Positions 56,782 to 64,000 of a stretch of 64,000 bases of DNA are shown here, piece after piece. Both the position numbers and the translations under genes were made by a program. Every line of letters begins with the position of its first letter. Position 1 is the first letter of the stretch. Below the pieces are notes generated by a model. It ran no database searches. It was given only the letters and a program-made list of their open reading frames with translations, and was not told the DNA's origin. The stretch spans positions 110,492-174,491 of the forward strand of contig LCNZ01000006.1 of assembly GCA_001002325.1 (NCBI GenBank), given 5' to 3'. This stretch comes from Candidatus Amesbacteria bacterium GW2011_GWB1_47_19 (GTDB lineage: Bacteria > Patescibacteriota > Microgenomatia > CAZETR01 > Amesbacteraceae).

Positions 56782-58602
56782 ATGCCTGAAATACGAAATA
56801 TAGCCGTGATTGCCCATGTGGACCACGGCAAAACCACGCTGGTAGATGCGCTTCTTAAGCAGACGCATGTTTTCCGGGAAAACGAGGCGGAAATGAGCCA
56901 GACCCTGATCATGGACAGCAACGAGCTTGAACGGGAACGGGGAATCACGATTTTGGCCAAAAACTGCTCTGTGAGGTATAGGGACGTAAAAATCAACATT
57001 ATTGACACGCCCGGACACGCGGATTTTTCCGGGGAAGTGGAAAGAACCCTGGGGATGGCCGACGGGGCACTATTAATAGTAGACGCGGCGGAAGGGCCTA
57101 TGCCCCAGACCCGGTTTGTCCTGAAAAAAGCGCTGGAGCTGAAACTGGCGATTATTGTGGTGATTAATAAAATCGATAAAAGGTTTTCCAGGCCGGCGGA
57201 AACCCTGAAGAAAATTGAAACACTGTTTCTGGAACTGGCGGCAGACCACGCCCAGCTGGAATTCCCGGTGTTGTATGCCGTAGGACGGGAAGGAACAGTT
57301 TTTGACCGGATACCAGAGACTGCGGATGCAAAAGGCGACGTGACTCCCCTGCTGGAAGCGATCGTAGCGCATGTTCCCCCAGCCCGGAACCGACCGGGGC
57401 CGTTTAAAATGGTGATCAGCTCGTTGGATTGGGATCCGCACCTGGGGAGGATTGCCGTGGGCAAGATTTACCGGGGAAAAATTGAAAAAGGAATGAAAGT
57501 GGTAACGGCCAACCGGCTGACCAACATCAGAACCGTGGAAAAACTGATGGTATACGAAGGACTGAAGCGAACGGAAACGCAGGCGGAAGAAAGTGGGGAA
57601 ATTGTCTCCCTGTGCGGACTGTCTGATGTAAAAATCGGAGAGACGGTGTGCGATCCGGCGGAAATCACGGCACTGCCCGGAGTAGAGATAGGAGAGCCGA
57701 CACTGCACATCCTGATAGGTCCGAACACCTCACCGTTTGCCGGACGTGAAGGCCAATTTACCACAGGCAGGCAGTTGGAAGAACGGCTGCTACGGGAGCT
57801 GGAAAGCAACCTGAGTTTGCGGGTGGAAAAAAACGGTGGAAAATTTATTGTCTCCGGACGGGGTGAGCTGCATCTGGCGATACTTCTGGAAACCATGCGC
57901 CGGGAAGGCTATGAATTGGAGGCCGGTAAACCGGAAGTAATTGTTAAAAAAGGAGCCGGAGAGACGCTGGAACCAGTGGAAGAAGTGTCCGTGATCGTAC
58001 CCCATCAACATTTGGGAATAATTAGTGAAGAATTCGGCAAGAGGCTGGGAAAACTTTTGAAAATGGACCCCATATCGGAGCAGGAAACGGAATTTATATA
58101 CCATATTCCGACCCGGGCGGTATTGGGCCTGAGAAGCCAGTTGATGACGGCCACCCGGGGAACCATGATTTACTCGAGTGTGATTTTGGGTTACGAAAAG
58201 ATGGGTAAACCGGTTACCGGGAACCGGAGGGGGGTACTGGTAGCCAGCGAGCCCGGACAAGCCCTGGCTTACGGCCTGGAAAATGCCCAAGGGAGGGGGG
58301 CGACGTTTATCGAACCGGCGACTGCGGTGTACGAGGGAATGATTGTAGGCATAAACGCCAAAGAAGGCGATATTTCCATCAATGTTTGCAAAGGAAAGAA
58401 GCTGACCAATATGCGGTCCAAATCCCACGACAGCGTCATCCAGCTGACACCGCCGGTAATATTGACTCTGGAACAAGCGCTGGATTTTCTGGAAGACGAC
58501 GAACTGCTGGAAATTACCCCCCTAGCCCTGAGGCTGCGTAAAAAACACCTGACGGAATTGGAGAGACGTAGAGCCGGCAGGCTTCACACTCCCGGTGTGT
58601 GA
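56782..58602 (+). CDS. typA: Translational GTPase TypA/BipA
   Basis: AHVDHGKTTLVDALL G1 motif and the five-domain EF-G-like architecture. The C-terminal ...HTPGV* is encoded inside REP1. Confidence 0.95.
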   Translation: MPEIRNIAVIAHVDHGKTTLVDALLKQTHVFRENEAEMSQTLIMDSNELERERGITILAKNCSVRYRDVKINIIDTPGHADFSGEVERTLGMADGALLIVDAAEGPMPQTRFVLKKALELKLAIIVVINKIDKRFSRPAETLKKIETLFLELAADHAQLEFPVLYAVGREGTVFDRIPETADAKGDVTPLLEAIVAHVPPARNRPGPFKMVISSLDWDPHLGRIAVGKIYRGKIEKGMKVVTANRLTNIRTVEKLMVYEGLKRTETQAEESGEIVSLCGLSDVKIGETVCDPAEITALPGVEIGEPTLHILIGPNTSPFAGREGQFTTGRQLEERLLRELESNLSLRVEKNGGKFIVSGRGELHLAILLETMRREGYELEAGKPEVIVKKGAGETLEPVEEVSVIVPHQHLGIISEEFGKRLGKLLKMDPISEQETEFIYHIPTRAVLGLRSQLMTATRGTMIYSSVILGYEKMGKPVTGNRRGVLVASEPGQALAYGLENAQGRGATFIEPATAVYEGMIVGINAKEGDISINVCKGKKLTNMRSKSHDSVIQLTPPVILTLEQALDFLEDDELLEITPLALRLRKKHLTELERRRAGRLHTPGV

Positions 58603-58607
58603 AAGCT
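58579..58607. repeat. REP1 palindromic element, copy e
   Basis: AGGCTTCACAC-TCCCGGT-GTGTGAAAGCT. It contains the typA stop codon. Confidence 0.7.
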
Positions 58608-58653
58608 GAATGTGAGCAAACCGACATTGTTTTTTGGCGGATTATGATACACT

Positions 58654-59667
58654 GTGCGGATGCAAAAGTTGGTTTTGGCGGGAGGTGTAGCAATTTTGGC
58701 AGTGGCGGGAACAATACTTTTTAAATCTCAAACCACAAATACCAATTCACAAATAACGAATCCCGAACCCCAACAAACCGTCAACATACCGGAAAGTACT
58801 AGAGTTAACCAGTATTCGATTCAGGCTTTGAGAGACAGGAAGTATAACGGGGGGGAAATTGAAATCGTGAGGAAGGTGAGGGAAACCGGGCGGTTTGTAT
58901 CGTATGAGGTGACTTATGATTCCGACGGACTGAAACAGTATGCCCTGATGAATGTCCCTAACGGAAATAAGCCTGCTACGGGATGGCCGGTGGTGATCGT
59001 CAATCACGGACATATCGACCCGGACGTATATTCGACGGAGAATTCATACATCAATACATCCGCCTATTTTGCCAATGCCGGATTTCTGGTCGTAAAGCCC
59101 GATTACCGGGGGCATGACAAATCCGAAGGGACCGCCGAGGGGATCAGGTCCCGGGTAAGTTATGCGGTGGATGTTTTGAACCTACTGGCTTCCTTGGGAA
59201 GTATTGAGGGAGCTGACACAGCTTTGGTGTTTATGTACGGGCATTCGATGGGAGGAGACGTAACACTGCGGGTGACAGAAGTGACGGATAAGGTCAAAGC
59301 GGCGTCACTATGGGCTCCGGCGGTAACCGACTGGCCGGAAGCGGTATTGTATTTTACCCGCAGAAACAGGTCCGAAAGACTGCCCACCCTGGAAGCACAA
59401 TTGGAAGAGAATTTCCGCCGGGAAGAATACGAAGCCGTCAGCAGCTTTGCCAATACCGGTCTGGTCAAAACACCAATGAACATCCAGCACAGTACGACGG
59501 ACGAGTCGGTGCCGTTCAGCTGGGGAGAAAAACTCCGGGATAAACTTTTGGGAAACGGTGTGAGCGTGAATTATTATGCCTATCCGGGAGATAACCACGA
59601 TATTGCGCGTAACTGGGCCACTGCGCTGGCCCGGGATGTGGAATTTTTCAGGAAATTTTCAGAATGA
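58654..59667 (+). CDS. Alpha/beta hydrolase (dienelactone hydrolase / S9 peptidase-like)
   Basis: N-terminal TM helix and the nucleophile elbow MYGHSMGG. Confidence 0.7.
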   Translation: MRMQKLVLAGGVAILAVAGTILFKSQTTNTNSQITNPEPQQTVNIPESTRVNQYSIQALRDRKYNGGEIEIVRKVRETGRFVSYEVTYDSDGLKQYALMNVPNGNKPATGWPVVIVNHGHIDPDVYSTENSYINTSAYFANAGFLVVKPDYRGHDKSEGTAEGIRSRVSYAVDVLNLLASLGSIEGADTALVFMYGHSMGGDVTLRVTEVTDKVKAASLWAPAVTDWPEAVLYFTRRNRSERLPTLEAQLEENFRREEYEAVSSFANTGLVKTPMNIQHSTTDESVPFSWGEKLRDKLLGNGVSVNYYAYPGDNHDIARNWATALARDVEFFRKFSE

Positions 59668-59668
59668 G

Positions 59669-60445
59669 ATGTTAAGTTGGTGGTTCGTGGTGAAAATAAC
59701 ACTTTTCGTTGCGGGAGCAATAGTAATACTGGGAACAGTGATTCTGACACAGACCGGAAGAGTACCAAAAATTTCGGGGGCACCGATGGAAGGGGTGAGT
59801 GAAGAAATTCCGGCGTCCGCAGAGAAGGTTCTGGACTGGTCAAATTGGCAAAGGCCTGAAGGTCCGGTCCGGGCAGGGATCCAGGCGGGACATTGGAAAG
59901 TCCAGGAGGTACCCGAGGAGCTGCAGAACCTGAGAAATAACACCGGCTCCACGGGGGACGGGAAACGGGAAGTGGATATAAACCTGGAAATTGCCAATAG
60001 AATAGCCGATATTCTGCGGGCTGAGGGAGTGGAAACAGACGTACTGCCGACAACTGTACCTCCGGGGTATCTGGCTGATGTATTTGTGTCGATCCATGCC
60101 GACGGGAGCGAAGATTTGTCCAAAGCGGGGTTTAAATTTGCCGGGCCGAGAAGGGATTTTACCGGGAAAAGAGACCTGCTGACGGAACTTTTGGTTAAAC
60201 ATTACAGCCTGCAAACCGGATTGGCCCAAGATCCCAATGTGACCCGGAACATGCGCGGTTATTATTCGTTTGCCTGGTGGAGGTATGAGCACGCCATCCA
60301 TCCGATGACACCCGCCGCAATTGCGGAAACCGGTTTTTTGAGCAACCGGGGAGACAGGAAAACCATTGTTGATAATCCCGATATACCCGCCAGAGCATTG
60401 GCAGACGGCATCCTGGAATTTCTGAAAACGCAAAAACTCTTATAA
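59669..60445 (+). CDS. N-acetylmuramoyl-L-alanine amidase (Amidase_3 family)
   Basis: TM helix, then VFVSIHADGS...AIAETGFLSN. The start ATG overlaps the upstream stop (ATGAGATG). Confidence 0.75.
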   Translation: MLSWWFVVKITLFVAGAIVILGTVILTQTGRVPKISGAPMEGVSEEIPASAEKVLDWSNWQRPEGPVRAGIQAGHWKVQEVPEELQNLRNNTGSTGDGKREVDINLEIANRIADILRAEGVETDVLPTTVPPGYLADVFVSIHADGSEDLSKAGFKFAGPRRDFTGKRDLLTELLVKHYSLQTGLAQDPNVTRNMRGYYSFAWWRYEHAIHPMTPAAIAETGFLSNRGDRKTIVDNPDIPARALADGILEFLKTQKLL

Positions 60446-60511
60446 AGCTGGTTTGAGGGTCATGAGGAAGGGTCGCCTGAGGCGACCCTTTTCTATTTAG
60501 GTTGACGGAGA

Positions 60512-60988
60512 CTACTCCACAATTAAAGTCCCCTTCATGCCCATAACCCGATGCTGTCCCACACTGCAATAGAACTCGTAAGTTCCCGGCCGGTCCGGTA
60601 TGAACTCTACTTCTGCGGTCTCACCGTCTTTGATCTGGGTGGTTTTGACATTGAATTCGTCGATAACGAAATCATGAATACCATCCTTGCTGGTAAGAAT
60701 GATTTTTAATGGCTCGTTTAACACCGCCCGGATCTCGTTGGGCTGAAAGTAGAAATTACCGCCTTCAACCGTGACAGAGGCTGTTTCCAGAAAACTGCTA
60801 TCGGTGGCTGCGCTTTCTACTGCCGGAGTAGTTTCGGTAACTGCCGGCATGGAGGTGGATACTTCCGGAGAGGGGTTGTTGCCACGAGTGGCAAATAGTA
60901 CTCCCGCTACTGCGACACCTAAAACCACTACAATGCCGATAATCATCAGAGGACTAGTCTTGGATTTACTTTCTTCCATTTTCTTCAC
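60512..60988 (-). CDS. Membrane-anchored cupredoxin (blue-copper, plastocyanin-like) protein
   Basis: N-terminal TM helix, with a C-terminal YCSVGQHRVMGMKG carrying the Cys-His-Met copper ligands. Confidence 0.65.
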   Translation of the reverse strand: MKKMEESKSKTSPLMIIGIVVVLGVAVAGVLFATRGNNPSPEVSTSMPAVTETTPAVESAATDSSFLETASVTVEGGNFYFQPNEIRAVLNEPLKIILTSKDGIHDFVIDEFNVKTTQIKDGETAEVEFIPDRPGTYEFYCSVGQHRVMGMKGTLIVE

Positions 60989-61030
60989 CTCCTTTCACGA
61001 GGTTTAAAGCTTAACATACGGGGGCAAGGG

Positions 61031-62398
61031 TTGACAAAAAGGGGAATTCAAAATAAGGTAGTTGGGATGGATGATAACTCCCTGGTTACTCCACCGGTAT
61101 CTCCGATGCCCGTGGAACCCACCCCGGTTACCATGCCGCAAGAGCCGGTTGTACCGGTGACGGTCGAGCCGCCGGCCGCCTTGTCAGTCGAGCCGCCGGC
61201 CGTGCCCTCGGTCATACCCCAGGAGCTAACACGCAAAGATAATATGCTGTTTCGGAACCTGCATCCTCTGGTAGTGGTGGTAACGATCGGCCTGACTGTG
61301 ACTGCTATTTTGGGAACGGTCAGCTATCTGTACGGAGGAGATATAGATCCGACCCAAAAAACTCCAACCCAGGCGGTAATTGTGAGACCGACAGCTGTCC
61401 CCGAACTGACTTTGAGTCTGGCCAGTCCGGCCAGCGGTGTAGTGACTGAAAACAGCATGCTGCCGGTATCCGGAATGACATTGCCGGGAGTACCGGTGGT
61501 GTTTTATACCGAGAGCCATGAAGATTCGGTGCTGAGCGATGAAAAGGGAAATTTCTCCGGTAGTATCCTTTTGGACAGCGGGATGAACACACTGACGATA
61601 ACCGCCATGGACGAAAACGGCCAGGAGAAGTCTCTGACTATGGAAGTGGCATACGACGATCAGGTGCTGGGGGTAAAAACGGAAAATTCCAATGTGATGG
61701 CGGATAAGAAAGCAATTTCCGGAAAAGTGGAAAAGGTATCGGACAAGCAATTGGAAGTAAAACAAAACAATCTGGGGAAGAGCGAGACTGTGAATATTGA
61801 CAGGTTGACAAAAGTCGTTAATTCAAAGAATAAACCGATCAAGATCAACGGTGTAAAACCCAATGATACGACCATGGTAGTGGCATCCGATGATGCGGCT
61901 TCGGGTGCGGCAAAAATCAAAAAGGCGGTGAAAATTTTTGTGAAGACGGCCACGGAATCGGCCCAACTGGCAACCAAGCGCAAGGCGGTACAGGGAGTAG
62001 TGACAAACGTTTCCGGAAAAACGATTACACTAGCCCATCAGATACAAAGAGACAGGACATTTACGGTGATTGCGACCGACCTGACGATTATAAAAATGTC
62101 CGGGTCCGCTTCGGCAACGCTGGCGGATGTTCAGGTGGGTAAGAGAATTACTGCCGTAGGTGACAATGACGGGGCAGGGGGTATAATCGCCAAAATGATC
62201 CATATTATTCCCGGAAAAGCGACGGGGGTATTTAATAAACTACCGGTGACTCCCCAACCCACGCAAGCTCCTTCGCCGACCTCAACATCATCAGCCACAC
62301 CGATTGTTCTATTGCCGTCTGTCACTCCGTCCCCGACTCCGGTTCCACCGACTTCAACCCCCACTCCGACCGAACAACCCGCTACCCCGACACCATAA
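61031..62398 (+). CDS. Hypothetical membrane-anchored protein with Pro/Thr-rich termini
   Basis: A TM helix and a PT-rich C-terminal tail. No catalytic motif. Confidence 0.45.
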   Translation: MTKRGIQNKVVGMDDNSLVTPPVSPMPVEPTPVTMPQEPVVPVTVEPPAALSVEPPAVPSVIPQELTRKDNMLFRNLHPLVVVVTIGLTVTAILGTVSYLYGGDIDPTQKTPTQAVIVRPTAVPELTLSLASPASGVVTENSMLPVSGMTLPGVPVVFYTESHEDSVLSDEKGNFSGSILLDSGMNTLTITAMDENGQEKSLTMEVAYDDQVLGVKTENSNVMADKKAISGKVEKVSDKQLEVKQNNLGKSETVNIDRLTKVVNSKNKPIKINGVKPNDTTMVVASDDAASGAAKIKKAVKIFVKTATESAQLATKRKAVQGVVTNVSGKTITLAHQIQRDRTFTVIATDLTIIKMSGSASATLADVQVGKRITAVGDNDGAGGIIAKMIHIIPGKATGVFNKLPVTPQPTQAPSPTSTSSATPIVLLPSVTPSPTPVPPTSTPTPTEQPATPTP

Positions 62399-62446
62399 TA
62401 CAGCTCCCCCACGTGCGGGAGAGCTGTTTTTTTAAAGGCGCCGAGA

Positions 62447-62902
62447 TTACTTCATCATCCATCCACCCCGGCCCATCATTCCTCCACCATGACCCCCAAA
62501 ACCTCCGTTTAGATATTTGAGGTCAATGTTGTTCTGAGTTGCCCAGGTTTGTAATTCCTGCCTCTGGGCCTGCATTTTGGCCTGAAGCTCGGCATGCTTG
62601 TCCCAGAGCAACTGTTTTTGGGCGGCGGTAATTTCTCCGGCAGTAACCGCTTCGGTCAGACGGGCCTCGTAACGGGCCTGCATTTCTTTCTGCCGGTCCG
62701 ACTGCACTTCATCCATGACCGATTGGACATCGGACTCTTTAAGCCCGAATTTTTGCATAAATTTAGTCACCAGCGGCGGATATTTTGAATCCGTAGTGGC
62801 GGCAGAAACACGGGAAATCCCCATCCAGGCGGTACCGGCCAGGGTAATGACCAAAGCCGGTACCAGTAACAGTTTCTTTGAAATTTTCATTCTTCTTATC
62901 AC
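62447..62902 (-). CDS. Hypothetical secreted protein with a Gly/Met-rich C-terminus
   Basis: Signal peptide, a Gln/Ala-rich helical region, then GGFGGHGGGMMGRGGWMMK. Confidence 0.4.
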   Translation of the reverse strand: MIRRMKISKKLLLVPALVITLAGTAWMGISRVSAATTDSKYPPLVTKFMQKFGLKESDVQSVMDEVQSDRQKEMQARYEARLTEAVTAGEITAAQKQLLWDKHAELQAKMQAQRQELQTWATQNNIDLKYLNGGFGGHGGGMMGRGGWMMK

Positions 62903-62982
62903 CTCCCTTCTTGTTTCCCAATCTACTCTGATTTTCTGAAAATCAGCTTAAACTCTTTCGCCAACGATCAATCCCCTTTTCG

Positions 62983-63015
62983 CTAGGCTCGCTACCTGAA
63001 AGGTGGCGTGGCTAG
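62983..63015. repeat. REP2 palindromic element, copy 3
   Basis: CTAGGCTCGCTACCTGAAAGGTGGCGTGGCTAG. It overlaps the stop codon of the 63012-63449 gene. Confidence 0.65.
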
Positions 63016-63449
63016 AGGGTAGGGGTGAGATTTTCCGGGAAAGCGCGGAGGACGGGATTGAGCTGGATGTTTTGGGCAGTAACACTGCCATCTGAGTTTT
63101 CCGTTCCGAACACCGAGACTTTTTCCCCCACTTTCAATTCTTCGGGTGTACCCGAAGCGGCTTTGTTGATCTCTGTTTTGTCGGATAAAATGACGATTTT
63201 GCTGCCTCCGTCATTGAGTTTGACGGTGAAGGATTTGTCATCCCGATTGATAATTTCCCCGGCGACGGGACGGAATCCCATACGATTACCATTACCGCTG
63301 GGCACACCCCTGAACTGCAGGTTACCATCGGGACGGTTGAACCCCGTGGTGCGTTTTGACGTCTGATATTTCATACCGGCAAAAAAGCCTCCGCCGCCGG
63401 CGATAGCGACTGCAGCAATTATTAATAAAATTACAGTTTGTTTATTCAA
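63012..63449 (-). CDS. Hypothetical exported protein (DUF5666-like)
   Basis: Signal/TM segment and a repetitive beta-rich region. Confidence 0.4.
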   Translation of the reverse strand: MNKQTVILLIIAAVAIAGGGGFFAGMKYQTSKRTTGFNRPDGNLQFRGVPSGNGNRMGFRPVAGEIINRDDKSFTVKLNDGGSKIVILSDKTEINKAASGTPEELKVGEKVSVFGTENSDGSVTAQNIQLNPVLRAFPENLTPTL

Positions 63450-63489
63450 AGTGAGTCACCCCCTTCCTTCAACAGGCTCAGGATTATAA

Positions 63490-64000
63490 TCACTCATATC
63501 TCAGTGCTTCGATGGGTTGTAAATTGGCAGCTTTGCGGGCAGGATACCAGCCGAAGAGGACGCCGATGCCGACGGAAACAAAAAAAGCCAGGAGGACTGA
63601 AGCCGGAGTGACGACAAAAGCGGAACTGTTTACTCTGGAATAGATGTAAAAGCCGACAACACCCAATCCAATGCCGATTAATCCCCCGGTAAAAGTGAGG
63701 ATAATTGATTCGGTAAGAAATTGGGAGATGATAACTTTTTTCCTGGCCCCCAGAGCCTTCCTCAGACCAATCTCACGGGTCCTTTCGGTAACCGACATTA
63801 GCATGATATTCATAATGCCGATACCGCCGACCAGAAGTGAAATGGCGGCGATACTGGTCAGCAGTGCAGTAAAGGTGCCGGTGATCTGGGACGCCGTCTG
63901 CAATATGTCCTCCTGGGAAAGAATTCTAAAATCCGCTGCAGCAGGATCAGTTAAATGATGCCTTTCCAGAAGCAGGTAGCCCACCTGGTTTTGGGCAGTG
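63490..64000 (-). CDS. ABC transporter permease, FtsX-like (MacB/LolE family), C-terminal part; gene continues beyond the window
   Basis: ERTREIGLRKALGA motif and C-terminal TM helices. The ORF is open to the window edge. Confidence 0.75.
   Translation of the reverse strand, partial: TAQNQVGYLLLERHHLTDPAAADFRILSQEDILQTASQITGTFTALLTSIAAISLLVGGIGIMNIMLMSVTERTREIGLRKALGARKKVIISQFLTESIILTFTGGLIGIGLGVVGFYIYSRVNSSAFVVTPASVLLAFFVSVGIGVLFGWYPARKAANLQPIEALRYE

Noticed and set aside
1-64000. CRISPR arrays
   Set aside because: No regularly spaced direct repeats with unique spacers were seen. The repeats present are dispersed palindromes, not arrays.

Overview
This 64-kb bacterial window has a backbone of about 50% GC and a visibly AT-rich stretch from about 27.8 kb to at least 37.5 kb, possibly to about 43.4 kb. 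The gene content (type IV pilus genes, alpha-glucan/glycogen-type enzymes, many small hypothetical proteins, several NUDIX hydrolases) is consistent with a small-genome, possibly CPR/Patescibacteria-like, organism. That is an inference with no taxonomic marker in the window. UGA and UAA both act as stops, so the standard genetic code applies. All calls rest on reading motifs by eye; no database search or alignment was run.

Backbone genes include greA, a MEMO-like protein and tRNA-Glu(CUC). There is a glycogen-type cluster: GH15 glucoamylase-like, GH57, a GT4 synthase-like protein and a ROK glucokinase. Other genes are lon, a PAP2 phosphatase, an L,D-transpeptidase and a MucR/Ros-like zinc-finger protein. 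A type IV pilus cluster carries pilB, pilC, four prepilin-type proteins, a LytR_C-domain membrane protein and a major pilin. Also present are a KsgA/Erm-family methyltransferase, a VIT-family protein, a 979-aa S8 subtilase with NHL repeats, and bcp. Further along are CorA, three NUDIX hydrolases, a GNAT acetyltransferase, a metzincin-like protease, an SDR, a nitroreductase, an aldose-1-epimerase-like protein and MsrB. The last stretch holds a FabH-like thiolase-fold protein, an Rpf-like transglycosylase, typA, an alpha/beta hydrolase, an Amidase_3 enzyme, a cupredoxin and a partial FtsX permease.

The most notable structure is a compact integrated element abutting the 3' end of tRNA-Gln(CUG) at about 27.75 kb. 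It carries a large serine recombinase, bracketed by a near-perfect 122-bp inverted repeat, directly followed by a second 98-bp inverted-repeat pair enclosing a peptide deformylase and a cupin. All repeat ends and the tRNA junction share the 5-bp core CCAGC. Downstream lies an AT-rich island with a second, truncated recombinase remnant, a GH10 xylanase, a HAD hydrolase, two DMT transporters, an alpha/beta hydrolase with an in-frame TAA, a GH130 enzyme and a disrupted GT4 gene.

There are also two families of short palindromic repeats. REP1 (AGCCTTCACAC-TCCCGGT-GTGTGAAGGCT) occurs five times. Two copies flank a RayT/IS200-like HUH Y1 transposase gene, a REPtron-like arrangement. Two other copies supply the last five codons (HTPGV) and the TGA stop of lon and typA. 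REP2 (AGCCTCGCTACCTGAAAGGTG...) occurs three times, two of them bracketing a NUDIX gene. Further intergenic repeats and a pair of paralogous small zinc-ribbon proteins are listed below.
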